From a virus (Duplodnaviria > Caudoviricetes), in IMG/VR virus record IMGVR_UViG_3300037781_000018, positions 1-40,822 of that record: a stretch of 40,822 bases of DNA; one strand, written 5' to 3'. Below the pieces are notes generated by a model. That model was not told the origin of the DNA. It saw only the letters and a program-made list of their open reading frames with translations, and searched no databases. Positions 1 to 8,974 of this stretch are shown here, one piece after another (within the stretch, counting starts at the first letter, position 1; every line of letters starts with the position of its first letter). A program made the position numbers and the translations under genes.

Positions 1-127
1 GGCAGGGTGCTAGCGACCACGCACTTGACCAAAGAACAGCGAAAAAAATTAGAGTCGCCGCGCTAATTCGCAGCGGCTTGTTGTGCCGTGGATGCGGCAG
101 GCAATGCCTGGACGACGAGCAAGGCAT
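1..127 (+). repeat. 127-bp direct repeat, left copy (circularisation overlap)
   Basis: Identical to 40696-40822; falls inside the tail assembly chaperone gene. Confidence 0.95.
42..48 (+). promoter_or_regulatory. -1 ribosomal frameshift site A AAA AAA in the tail assembly chaperone gene
   Basis: CGA AAA AAA TTA near the 3' end of the chaperone ORF; a -1 slip gives ATT AGA GTC..., open and in frame with ORF 78..410; sits between tail tube and tape measure genes. Confidence 0.8.
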
Positions 128-410
128 AGAGATAGCGTGCGTGACATGTGAGGAATTTGGGTCAATCGGCACGGATGCCGTTTGCCCCACCTGCAATGGG
201 ACGGGTGTGATGACGGTTGACGGATGCCCGCAAAAGTATGTCGCTGGCATTTGCGATGCGATCAACTTGGCCGGACACGCGGGGAATGGGTTACTGCCGG
301 TCGCAGGTGCGATCCTAGACCAATCAGCTTGGTTCCTGGCGTGCTGGCAGGCGTTAGAGTCAGACCAGCACAAAATTGACGAAGAACGGACAAACCGGAG
401 CGGTCGTTAA
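48..410 (+). CDS. Frameshifted extension of tail assembly chaperone (gpGT-like), Cys-rich
   Basis: -1 frame of the chaperone ORF, directly before tape measure; CxxC motifs including CPTCNGTG. Confidence 0.72.
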   Translation: MRVAALIRSGLLCRGCGRQCLDDEQGIEIACVTCEEFGSIGTDAVCPTCNGTGVMTVDGCPQKYVAGICDAINLAGHAGNGLLPVAGAILDQSAWFLACWQALESDQHKIDEERTNRSGR

Positions 411-412
411 GA

Positions 413-2188
413 ATGTCAAAACGCGACATCGACATAGTAATCGGAGCAAAGGACGAAGCGTCGAAGATACTCGGTGACGTATCTAAATCGACGCAGGGTC
501 TTGCTACGTCGATGAGCAAAACCGCAGGGTCGGTCGATGACTCGGCAAGCACGGTCAACCTTAGTTTTGCTTCGCTTGCTGGGATCACGGCTGGCGTTGG
601 GATCGCTATTTCGGCAACCAAAGCACTGACCGGGGCGTTTACTGCTGCTGTCAACGCGGTGGCTGGAATGGGCGAAGCGGTGGAGGCATACGCGCAGCGG
701 TCGCGGGAGGTCGGACTAGCGACCGAGGCCGAGATCGCGTTTGCCGAGCAAGTGCAAGACACGACGAACGCGTCAGTCGCTTCAACGCTCGCGGCACTGC
801 GTCACGCACAGGCAATCGGGATGACGGCCGACGCGGCACAAGATGCGACGGTGATTGCCCAAGGGCTTGCTAAGGCGACCGGCACCGATCAGGTAACAGC
901 GATCAGTGCGCTACGCGATGCGATGCTAGGAAACGCCGACGCACTGTCAAACTTGATTCCAGGCATTGAGCTAGCAAACACGCACCAGGAGCGCATGGCG
1001 TTGGTGTCGGCACATGCCGAACGGGGGCTGGCGATGCTGACCGCCGAGGCTGGTGATTCGATCGGCATCATGGAGCGGCTACAGTCGGCACAGGAAAAGC
1101 TATCTCGGCAGATTGGCCAAGTGTTAGCACCTGCGTTTGATTTTGTTCGCAGTGCGATGGGATCATTTATTTCAGCGGTCTCCGACACTGTTCAACCGGC
1201 GATTGATCAGGTTGCGGGGTCGTTCGAGTCGCTCGCGCCGGTGTTCCAAATGGCTGGTGAAATCATGCGGACGGTGGGCGCAGTAATTGGCGTGGTTATC
1301 TCGTCGATTGTGCGAATTGCGTTTGATATGGCACAGGGATTCGCGACGGCATTTGGTGTCGCTGGCGACGTGGCGAACAGCTTGGTCGATGTCGTGCGGT
1401 CGGTGGCCGAAGGTGTTATTTTCGGGATTACCGCACTCGAGGTGGCGTTTCGCAATATCCCAGCGATCATCGAGTTTGCAGTCACCGAAGCACTGCTAGC
1501 AATGACGACTTTCGCGGCTGACGTTGGGCATCTGCTAACTGTCGAGATTCCCGCGTTCGCGTCATGGTTCGCAGACAACTTCACCAGCTTAATGGCCGAC
1601 GCATTTAACGCGGTGTCGATCGCGTTTGGCAACCTAGCAATAAAAATAATGTCGGTTGGCGATAATTTGCTGACCTACTTGAAATCAGGATTCCAGGACG
1701 GCGCGGTAGATCTTGCGTTGTCGATCAGTGATGCCCTGTCGGGGTCGCTGTTGCAAGGCTTTGAAGCACAGACCCAAGCACTGCCGGAAATAGCCGAGCG
1801 GGCGCAGACGGCCACCGAAAAGATGCTGCAAGAGCGATCGTCGAAGATCGCCAGCAACCTGACCGACGAGTTCAATAAAACGTACCAGTCAAACCTGGCA
1901 GAATTAAACAAAGTTGGCAAGCTAAATGTCGGCATTGAAATGCCGGACCTGTCGACGCTCGACATCGGAGCCATGCGATTTGCAGAGCCGGTGCAAGCTA
2001 CCGAGTCGCGGTTGCAAACTCGCGGGACGGTCGAAAAGCCGTTTGAGCGGGAGCTACTGAAAAACGCATCGGATCAGCTTAAAGAGCAGCAAAGGCAAAC
2101 CAAGGCTTTCGCTGAAATGTCAAAATTCATCCAGGACATGAAGCCGATCGAAGGCCAGCCCCCAATTATCGTTGGGACGGTGCAATAA
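413..2188 (+). CDS. Tail tape measure protein
   Basis: 591 aa, Ala-rich and helical, N-terminal DIDIVIGAKDEAS, position after chaperones. Confidence 0.85.
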   Translation: MSKRDIDIVIGAKDEASKILGDVSKSTQGLATSMSKTAGSVDDSASTVNLSFASLAGITAGVGIAISATKALTGAFTAAVNAVAGMGEAVEAYAQRSREVGLATEAEIAFAEQVQDTTNASVASTLAALRHAQAIGMTADAAQDATVIAQGLAKATGTDQVTAISALRDAMLGNADALSNLIPGIELANTHQERMALVSAHAERGLAMLTAEAGDSIGIMERLQSAQEKLSRQIGQVLAPAFDFVRSAMGSFISAVSDTVQPAIDQVAGSFESLAPVFQMAGEIMRTVGAVIGVVISSIVRIAFDMAQGFATAFGVAGDVANSLVDVVRSVAEGVIFGITALEVAFRNIPAIIEFAVTEALLAMTTFAADVGHLLTVEIPAFASWFADNFTSLMADAFNAVSIAFGNLAIKIMSVGDNLLTYLKSGFQDGAVDLALSISDALSGSLLQGFEAQTQALPEIAERAQTATEKMLQERSSKIASNLTDEFNKTYQSNLAELNKVGKLNVGIEMPDLSTLDIGAMRFAEPVQATESRLQTRGTVEKPFERELLKNASDQLKEQQRQTKAFAEMSKFIQDMKPIEGQPPIIVGTVQ

Positions 2189-3081
2189 TGGCTGTTGATT
2201 CCGTTTCGCTAATGTGGTCGAACAACGATTCGTCGATCGAGTCGCAAGACTTGAAGACGGCTACGTTAAGCCAAACCGACGTTTATCAAGTAACTACGAC
2301 GAGTCCAGATACTACGCGGCTCGATGTTCTTGGGCACGAGGACATACCAGCGATCGGCGATCGGCTGGGTGCTTCGTTCTTCATTTTCTGCCGGTCGGTA
2401 ACTCCGGTCAAAATATCGCCAATTTACTGGGTGGTCACGGTCAAGTGGTCGGGCAACGTCAGTGTGACGGCACTGAACGGCAACCCGCTAACGGCACCTC
2501 CCGAACTTAGCTGGTCGGACGTTGAGACGGCAGAGCCAACTGACGAGGACTTCGACGGCAACCCGATCGTAACGGCAAATAACGAACCGATCACGGGCGT
2601 TACAATTCCGATTGTTGACCAAATATTGACGGTCAAACGCAACTTCGCATCGATCAACACGTTTGCAATCGCACCTTACCGGCAAGCAACGAACAGCGAC
2701 ATTTTCGCTGGCTGGGCACCTGGAACGGTTCGATTGATTCGGTACCAGGCAACAGCAAAGAACAGCACAAATGATGTGACGAACATCGGGCCAAGTCCGC
2801 AGGATGGAGCCTACTGGGAGGTCAACGCCGCGTTTCAGTTTCGCTATCCTTATCGGACAACGAACGACAAAGCCTGGTACGCTCGCGTTCGACATGAAGG
2901 AATGTATGTCAAAGACTCGGCGGGGCGGATCACGCGGGCGACGGTATCGGGTGCCGACGCAACGAAGCCGGTTCTGCTAAAACCAGACGGCACGCGGGAA
3001 CTAGACCCAACAAACGCACACTGGCTAGAATTCAAGCGGCTGGGAAGCCTGCCGTTCAACCTTCTTGGGATGTTGAGTTAA
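2188..3081 (+). CDS. Putative tail tip/distal tail protein
   Basis: 297 aa, beta-rich, coupled to tape measure by TAATG overlap. Confidence 0.55.
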   Translation: MAVDSVSLMWSNNDSSIESQDLKTATLSQTDVYQVTTTSPDTTRLDVLGHEDIPAIGDRLGASFFIFCRSVTPVKISPIYWVVTVKWSGNVSVTALNGNPLTAPPELSWSDVETAEPTDEDFDGNPIVTANNEPITGVTIPIVDQILTVKRNFASINTFAIAPYRQATNSDIFAGWAPGTVRLIRYQATAKNSTNDVTNIGPSPQDGAYWEVNAAFQFRYPYRTTNDKAWYARVRHEGMYVKDSAGRITRATVSGADATKPVLLKPDGTRELDPTNAHWLEFKRLGSLPFNLLGMLS

Positions 3082-3083
3082 TA

Positions 3084-3716
3084 ATGGGCACAACACTTAC
3101 GAACCTATCTTTGCAGCTTCCAGACGGCGGCATTAAAGACGTTGATATAAACAGCGCGGCAGGCATCAAACCGTCGAAGCTGGAACAACAAGCAACGCAG
3201 GTTTTCGATATTCCACTAACCGACGCGCGGGTTTGGGATGACTTTCGGGCGTTGGTGCCATCAACAGCGGCTAACGATGATCTCGGATTGATCACGGGCA
3301 CCTGGGGCACCGACACACCGACGCTACAGAGCGGCGACGGCAAGGCAACCACAATCACGCGGCGGGCCGGGTTCGCGTTCCGGGTTCCGCATAACTTCGT
3401 ATCGGCTGGCACGCTGGTTATTCGCGTTCGAGGCGGGATGGTGACGACGATTTCGGACGACGTTGCGAGCGTCGATTTGGAAGTTTACGAAGCCGACTTA
3501 GATGGCGGTGTCGGATCAGACCTATGCCAAACCAGTGCGGTGTCGGTCAACTCGCTAACAAAAGTCAACGCCGACTTTACAATCGATTCCTCGGGCTTGG
3601 TCGCTGGTGACCTGCTTTACCTTCGGCTGACAGCGGCGATCACTGACGCGGCGACCGGGACCGCTGTAATTGTCGAAGTCTCAGACATTAACGCTCGCCT
3701 GACGACACAAGGCTAA
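3084..3716 (+). CDS. Putative virion/tail protein
   Basis: 210 aa, Thr/Asp/Gly-rich, in tail operon. Confidence 0.5.
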   Translation: MGTTLTNLSLQLPDGGIKDVDINSAAGIKPSKLEQQATQVFDIPLTDARVWDDFRALVPSTAANDDLGLITGTWGTDTPTLQSGDGKATTITRRAGFAFRVPHNFVSAGTLVIRVRGGMVTTISDDVASVDLEVYEADLDGGVGSDLCQTSAVSVNSLTKVNADFTIDSSGLVAGDLLYLRLTAAITDAATGTAVIVEVSDINARLTTQG

Positions 3717-3718
3717 CC

Positions 3719-4444
3719 GTGGCTGACTTTGTTGCCTTTGCATCTGCCGACGACGCTCGCCTAGTGCTCGAAACCGCTCGACGCATTAAGGCTAGCGGTT
3801 TGCTTAATCGGATCGGCGGAAGCGTCGAGGATAGGCCGATAGAGCAGCCGGTCTACTGGGTCAATACAACAGGCGTAACAATTCCGCCCTATTCATGCTT
3901 AACAGCGGCAACGCTCGTTACAAATGACACCCGCGACTATTTCACTGTCAATCGACAAAACTTTATGGATGCGACCGGGGCATCTCCAATCATATTCAGC
4001 ACTGGCGAAGAAGTGCCGTCTGGCGGAATGAGCATCGCGCAGCCGGGGCCGGTCTACAAAGTCAACGCGGACCTCGGGCAGCCTCCGCTAGTCCATAACA
4101 CTGGATTTGCAACGTTCGCACCGGTGGTTAATTCGTACAAACTTTCGGCACGCGCTGGCGGCATGTTTGCGGTAGCACCGATCGAAAACCTAAGCGGACA
4201 AAATGCAAACCAAGATTACAACGCAAAAGCAATTCGGATTTCTCACGGACTGTTTATCTTCAAAAACCGCAACTTCGGAAATGGTGTCGCGGATATTCAT
4301 TGGCTTGATGCTACTCAGTTGCCTACTGGAAAATCCGCTGTCGTCACGGACGGATTAAGTATTTTCGGTCCGAACGTACTAGAGGGCTTTTGTATGCTAT
4401 CTGGCGGAACGTTTGTGATGATTCAAGCACCCTGCCCAGGTTAA
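3719..4444 (+). CDS. Putative tail tip protein
   Basis: 241 aa, tightly packed in tail operon. Confidence 0.45.
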   Translation: MADFVAFASADDARLVLETARRIKASGLLNRIGGSVEDRPIEQPVYWVNTTGVTIPPYSCLTAATLVTNDTRDYFTVNRQNFMDATGASPIIFSTGEEVPSGGMSIAQPGPVYKVNADLGQPPLVHNTGFATFAPVVNSYKLSARAGGMFAVAPIENLSGQNANQDYNAKAIRISHGLFIFKNRNFGNGVADIHWLDATQLPTGKSAVVTDGLSIFGPNVLEGFCMLSGGTFVMIQAPCPG

Positions 4445-4447
4445 CCA

Positions 4448-4861
4448 ATGGCAAGATGGTTTGGACCTCCGAGCGGAAATTGCAGTTGCTGCGAAGCGGG
4501 CGACACAGAATACGGTGCGCCTTGGGTGGACGACGGCGATGCCGCTTTTAGATTTAGCAACTGGGATTTGATCGGAGCGACAAGCAGCAACACAACCAGC
4601 GGAACACTGTACGGCCGACTGGTTTACGCAGCGTCAGGATTTAGCGGCGAAACCACAAATGTTTTCCTTTATCGATTTCCAACGCGTTTACTTGAAAACC
4701 TAGTTGCCGAGTCTCAAAATTTCGGGCCGATATTTGCTGGCGCAGAGTTAACCTTTGCGGCTCGCGGCTTCGATGGAATTACCGGAACTGTGCAGTATGA
4801 CATTCCATTGCTTATCACCGGCAGCGAGGACTTCACCGTCACCGGCACGCCTGTCACCTAA
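4448..4861 (+). CDS. Hypothetical tail-associated protein with N-terminal CSCC motif
   Basis: Last + strand gene of tail operon. Confidence 0.45.
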   Translation: MARWFGPPSGNCSCCEAGDTEYGAPWVDDGDAAFRFSNWDLIGATSSNTTSGTLYGRLVYAASGFSGETTNVFLYRFPTRLLENLVAESQNFGPIFAGAELTFAARGFDGITGTVQYDIPLLITGSEDFTVTGTPVT

Positions 4862-5042
4862 TCGCGGCCGCGAAAATGCAAATTACATGCAGGCACAAGC
4901 CGGGAATCAGACAAGCGAAATACCCGCCCACAACAATTATCAGCCAAATCAACCCCGCCGCGACTTGGCCACGGTAAATTTGCCCGAGGCCGGGAATTAG
5001 GAAGGACAACACGGCGGCAACGCCCAGGTTCGGCTCTTGCAT
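4854..5042 (-). CDS. Small TM2-like membrane protein (possible superinfection exclusion)
   Basis: AAVLSFLIPGLGQIYRGQ motif, almost wholly hydrophobic, downstream of integrase on the same strand. Confidence 0.65.
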   Translation of the reverse strand: MQEPNLGVAAVLSFLIPGLGQIYRGQVAAGLIWLIIVVGGYFACLIPGLCLHVICIFAAAIR

Positions 5043-5095
5043 TTTTGGCTCTGTGGTTAGGAATCTGTCGGACGGGTCGCCATTATAGCGAGCTG

Positions 5096-6007
5096 TCAGC
5101 CGGTTTTGCGGCGGTCGGTGCCTTTTCTTCTGTCGCCCTGCGGATTGCCTAGGAACTCAGCGAGCGCGTCACAGGCTTGACGCTGACGAGTGTAACGCGG
5201 ATCGAGGTATCGTTGAGTCGTGCGGCGGTCCGAATGATCGAGCGTCTCTTGTGGATCCATGCCAGCGGCGTAAACCACCGAGCCAGTAGTTTTGCGAAGG
5301 CAGTGGGTTTGATATTTTCGCCCGGTCGGTAGTCCAGCAGCTTTTACGATCTTTTGGTAGCGGTTGAACAAGTAATTCTCGACATACGGCCAAGGCAAAA
5401 TGGCGGTTCCGTTGCCGCTGTACTTTCGTATCTGCTCGACTGTTTCGCAGGTTTCGTCCGACAGCCGATAGCGTCGATCTCTCGTTTTTCCTTTCCGAAC
5501 TTCGGCGGGCACAAGTAGCCAATCGCCTTGATACCACGTCCACTCCACCTTGCGGATTGCACCGATTCTCTCGCCTGTGTCGAGCATGAGGCGGATCAAT
5601 CCAGGCCACCACAAACCCGCCGGCACGCCAGAGAGCTCGCCTTTTGTTGTCGCTGCGGATTCCAGTAGTTGACGGATTTGCGGCTCCATCCACGCTATCG
5701 GAGCTCGTTCCGGTTCGTGTTCCTCGTCAATGTCGGGCCAGTCGGTCAGCAAGTTTTGCCTAACTGCTTGCCGCCACATGGCCAACAGTTGCGTGAGCTC
5801 TTTGTTTCGAGTTGCTGGCGCGACGTTACGACGCTTTGACAGGTGGAGCAAAACGTTTGTTTCAGTCAAATCGGCTACTTCGGCAGTCCTGCCGAGTGAT
5901 TCTGAAAAGCGTTTTACGCATAACCGGTACAGAATTGCCGATCTTTCGGACTTTCCGCGTAATCGTTTTGGAAAATAAATGTTTTCAAAGAAGTCTAGTA
6001 GTTTCAT
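5096..6007 (-). CDS. int: Tyrosine recombinase / phage integrase
   Basis: TGERIGAI (R), HCLRKT (HxxR), LDHSDRRTTQRY (H...Y); AGGAGG SD upstream. Confidence 0.92.
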   Translation of the reverse strand: MKLLDFFENIYFPKRLRGKSERSAILYRLCVKRFSESLGRTAEVADLTETNVLLHLSKRRNVAPATRNKELTQLLAMWRQAVRQNLLTDWPDIDEEHEPERAPIAWMEPQIRQLLESAATTKGELSGVPAGLWWPGLIRLMLDTGERIGAIRKVEWTWYQGDWLLVPAEVRKGKTRDRRYRLSDETCETVEQIRKYSGNGTAILPWPYVENYLFNRYQKIVKAAGLPTGRKYQTHCLRKTTGSVVYAAGMDPQETLDHSDRRTTQRYLDPRYTRQRQACDALAEFLGNPQGDRRKGTDRRKTG

Positions 6008-6181
6008 CTTTCTACCCTCCTATAGAGAGTAGTGCGCAAGTTAAGGAGAGGTAGGGAAAAAACGTAGAGTGTTGTAGGGGTCAATCGACTAGAGATCCAT
6101 TCTCTCGTCTAAGCGTTTCAGACTGGTATGGATTGCTTTCCAGCAACACCTGTGACAACCAGCCTGCAACGCTTTTTTCTA

Positions 6182-6210
6182 TTGCTCGTTCTATCGATAC
6201 CAGCTAAACT
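6182..6210 (+). promoter_or_regulatory. Sigma70-type promoter for the HTH gene
   Basis: TTGCTC-17bp-TAAACT, palindrome TATCGATA in spacer; ATG 8 nt downstream. Confidence 0.55.
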
Positions 6211-6218
6211 CGTGCCCT

Positions 6219-6437
6219 ATGATTTGTCAAATGAAAACGTCGAACTTCGTAAACGTCAAAGAGGCAGCGGAAATTATCGGCTGTCACGAGTCGCGAGTGC
6301 GCCAATTACTTAACGACGGAACGCTTGAGGGCGTTAAATTTAACGCTCGCGCGTGGGCTGTTGACCGAAAATCAGCCGAGGAAATGCGTGATTTTCATCC
6401 ATCCACCGGAAGACCGCGCGGAAAAAGTACAAAATAG
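6219..6437 (+). CDS. Excisionase-like (MerR-type) HTH DNA-binding protein
   Basis: VNVKEAAEIIGCHESRVRQLLNDGTLEGVKF...W pattern, divergent from integrase; alternative start 6231. Confidence 0.8.
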   Translation: MICQMKTSNFVNVKEAAEIIGCHESRVRQLLNDGTLEGVKFNARAWAVDRKSAEEMRDFHPSTGRPRGKSTK

Positions 6438-6478
6438 TCGTTATTCCTGTTGACGACTATTCTCTTTAACGATAAAAC
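6433..6478 (+). promoter_or_regulatory. Promoter with overlapping inverted repeat (operator-like)
   Basis: TTGACG(6450)-17bp-TAAAAC(6473); AATAGTCGT/ACGACTATT inverted repeat overlaps the -35. Confidence 0.55.
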
Positions 6479-6604
6479 TACCAGCGTCACAGTTGTTGCT
6501 GGTTTCGATTCCTGCACTAAGAGGAATCAACGCCAGCGTATTTAACTCGCTGGTGGACTTCTAGGGGCTTCTGTCCCGACCGTTCGCCATTCAGGAGAAC
6601 GGGA

Positions 6605-7192
6605 ATGCACAAGCAGTGGCACGTTTACGTGTTGCGTGACCCCAGGGACGGTTTTGTTCGTTACGTCGGAATGACGTGCAGTGCAAACGCTCGCAGTAAA
6701 TATCACAAAAGCTACGCTGACGGAACAGCAAGGCGGAAGCTTTGGACAGCAGAGCTCGCAATTTGTGGATGCCGTCCAGAATTCCAAGTCATCGCGACGT
6801 TTGACGGTAAAGACAAGGCAAAGCAAGCCGAGACACGGTTAATTGTTTTGCATCAAAACAACTACCCAGGAAGGCTGCTAAACGCGCAAGCGGTGTTCAC
6901 TCAAAAAGGGTTTTGGATTAACCGCGAGCCAAGCTGCACGCCATCGCCAGGCGACGGGCATTTCGCAGCATTTCTTTCCGGCTCGCGTCAGCTTGCTAGC
7001 CGCTACGTCGAGCGTGAGCAGTTAGTTGCAAAGCGACACCCAGAACTTGCTTTGCCTGTAATTCGTGCCTTGTACGACACCTGCCGCGATAAGTCGGCGA
7101 TGGCTAAGCGAAACCACGGCTTTCTTTACAACCATTCAATTCTTGAGATTGCCATTAAGCGTCTCGTCCGCAAACACATCTTCGCAGCATAA
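6605..7192 (+). CDS. GIY-YIG family nuclease
   Basis: HVYVLRDPRDGFVRYVGMT, downstream R, AETRLI (E) and LLN. Confidence 0.75.
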   Translation: MHKQWHVYVLRDPRDGFVRYVGMTCSANARSKYHKSYADGTARRKLWTAELAICGCRPEFQVIATFDGKDKAKQAETRLIVLHQNNYPGRLLNAQAVFTQKGFWINREPSCTPSPGDGHFAAFLSGSRQLASRYVEREQLVAKRHPELALPVIRALYDTCRDKSAMAKRNHGFLYNHSILEIAIKRLVRKHIFAA

Positions 7193-7203
7193 GGACTCAC
7201 AAA

Positions 7204-7581
7204 ATGCCAAAACAAAAACTAGAGATCGAAATTGAAGTCCCCGACGGCTACCGCTGCGTCGGTTTCGGCCATGTGCTACTAGGGACGCTGTTCTTGAACA
7301 GTAACAGCGGCGTTGATCGCTGGAATTTAAGCGACCCCAGCAAAGGCCAATACTTCATCCTCGAACGCGTTGAACGTTGGCGACCGGCAACGCTTGAGGA
7401 CGTTGTGCGCAGTCTGCAAGGCAGGGACGTTCCAGCACGCTTTCGAGGGCCTGCCACTAATGAATGGTGCGGCGGCAAGCTTTGCGGCTTACGTGAGTTC
7501 GACAAGTACGGAACTTGGCTCTGCCAGCACAGCGGATGGCAAGAGTGCGAAGTCCTCGACACTGAGGATTCGAGCCAATGA
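7204..7581 (+). CDS. Hypothetical protein
   Basis: AAGGA SD, operon packing. Confidence 0.7.
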   Translation: MPKQKLEIEIEVPDGYRCVGFGHVLLGTLFLNSNSGVDRWNLSDPSKGQYFILERVERWRPATLEDVVRSLQGRDVPARFRGPATNEWCGGKLCGLREFDKYGTWLCQHSGWQECEVLDTEDSSQ

Positions 7582-7721
7582 GCCACCTCGAAAGCTTTTG
7601 CAGCGGCTTGGCTGCCGGGTTCATTTTGGTAAGCCTGCTTGTGTGGGCGTGCCTTCTTTATTGCGATGTGATCGAAGCTCGCAACCGTGAAGCGGCCATT
7701 AAGGAATTAGAAGATGAATAG
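7578..7721 (+). CDS. 47-aa single-pass membrane protein (not in ORF track)
   Basis: ATGA overlap; MSHLESFCSGLAAGFILVSLLVWACLLYCDVIEARNREAAIKELEDE; fills the gap to the next gene. Confidence 0.65.
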   Translation: MSHLESFCSGLAAGFILVSLLVWACLLYCDVIEARNREAAIKELEDE

Positions 7722-7974
7722 CGAAAATGATTTGAACGAGGTAGTCAGCTCGCTGTCCATGTTTAAGCCAGATCAGTTGTGCGAAAAGCATCGTGCTGAA
7801 TTTGACAAGCAGCAAGAGAGGCTCAAGACACAATGCTCTTGGTGCGAGTCAAGAAAAGCAAAAACAGATATTAACATCGCAGATGTTGCCTTGCATTTAT
7901 TAATGCTTGCGGGTTTGTGCACAATGGTTTTTTGTGTCGTTTTGTTTGCATTTTATATTCTGGGGCCGCAGTAA
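7714..7974 (+). CDS. Hypothetical protein with Cys cluster and C-terminal TM helix
   Basis: AAGGA SD; hydrophobic C-terminus. Confidence 0.6.
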   Translation: MNSENDLNEVVSSLSMFKPDQLCEKHRAEFDKQQERLKTQCSWCESRKAKTDINIADVALHLLMLAGLCTMVFCVVLFAFYILGPQ

Positions 7975-8213
7975 TGAATAGCAAACCAATGGACATTGAA
8001 CAGCGAGTATCAACCCACCTTTCCGTCAGTCGTTACTTGCGATCCTCGGAACGTTTTAACGAAGCGTCGAAAGAGTTCACCGCGGCGTGTAAAGACTTAA
8101 GGGGGCGCGTCGGAACGAACAACCGCTTTGTAGTGCAGGTTGATTTTAAGCACTACTTAGTAACCAGCGACAACGCCGGAAACTTTGACGTGGAACAAAT
8201 CGAAAGCCTATAA
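7974..8213 (+). CDS. Hypothetical protein, resembles small planctomycete prophage proteins
   Basis: TAATG coupling; RFVVQVDFKHYLVTSD motif recalled from planctomycete sequences (not searched). Confidence 0.65.
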   Translation: MNSKPMDIEQRVSTHLSVSRYLRSSERFNEASKEFTAACKDLRGRVGTNNRFVVQVDFKHYLVTSDNAGNFDVEQIESL

Positions 8214-8226
8214 CCAACCAACTCAC

Positions 8227-8421
8227 CCCCGAGCGAGTCGCCTACAACCACGGTTGCAGGGACGAATGACATCTAAGCGACGTAGCTTATTTGGACTCGC
8301 CGGGGATTTATCTAAGCCAGTGGGCACCGCTACCTCGTGACGAATGTGAGGCGTCGGCGTGTTACCTTTCCCGCGTGATGAGGGGCGGAAGCTGATCGGC
8401 TACGGCTGAGCTGGCTGTTTT
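8227..8421 (+). ncRNA. Two tandem multi-stem RNA structures upstream of csrA
   Basis: Closing stems CCCCG(A)GCGAGTC/GACTCGCCGGGG and AGCCAG/CTGGCT with internal hairpins in an ORF-free gap. Confidence 0.4.
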
Positions 8422-8454
8422 TACTTTTAATTACAACCTACAAGGAAGTTACCA

Positions 8455-8724
8455 ATGTTAGTTTTGACACGACGAAGCGGCGAAAGCCTGACATTTACAA
8501 CGGCAACCGGCGAGACGTTCAAGGTCCTTATCGACCAGTGCCACCGCGGTAATTGTCGAGTTGCAATCGACGCACCAAAAAGTATCCGAATCCTACGGAG
8601 TGAGATTAATGACAAGGATCGCAAGGCAGGCTCACCTGGAACGCGACTACAGCCAAGTAAAGCCCGAACGGTTGCGTCTACTTGGTATCGTCCAGCCGGT
8701 GGGTGTGTGGACGCCGGAAAATGA
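8455..8724 (+). CDS. csrA: Carbon storage regulator CsrA/RsmA homologue
   Basis: MLVLTRRSGES...RVAIDAPKSIRILRSEI. Confidence 0.88.
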   Translation: MLVLTRRSGESLTFTTATGETFKVLIDQCHRGNCRVAIDAPKSIRILRSEINDKDRKAGSPGTRLQPSKARTVASTWYRPAGGCVDAGK

Positions 8725-8974
8725 AGCGGTGATTGAATGTGCGGTGACGGGCAACTGTGTCTCTTATTACGAACTAGTGAGCGACTTCTATGTGCCCGAT
8801 GCGAAAGAAATCGAAGCGAACTGCGAAAGATTCCGCAAAGAGTGGGCGGAAGACCGGCGGGAAATCGAATACTTCAACGCCGGCGAACGAACCATCGGCG
8901 GACGCCACTACTCGACAGGACTCGCCTCGGCCCGCTCGTCGCGCAAGGAGTTATTTATCGCGTTTATTGAGTGA
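8609..8974 (+). CDS. Hypothetical protein
   Basis: ATG at 8609 with GGAG upstream; overlaps the csrA C-terminal extension. Confidence 0.55.
   Translation: MTRIARQAHLERDYSQVKPERLRLLGIVQPVGVWTPENEAVIECAVTGNCVSYYELVSDFYVPDAKEIEANCERFRKEWAEDRREIEYFNAGERTIGGRHYSTGLASARSSRKELFIAFIE

Noticed and set aside
1-127. Biological direct terminal repeat
   Set aside because: 127 bp equals a common assembler k-mer length and the repeat cuts through a coding gene, so it is best read as a circular overlap
5096-6007. Integrase as integron integrase IntI
   Set aside because: No IntI-specific insertion or motifs visible, ~22 kb from the attC array, and paired with an excisionase-like HTH
6060-6180. attP core
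   Set aside because: Plausible location but no recognisable tRNA or tmRNA 3' duplication; cannot be supported without the host sequence
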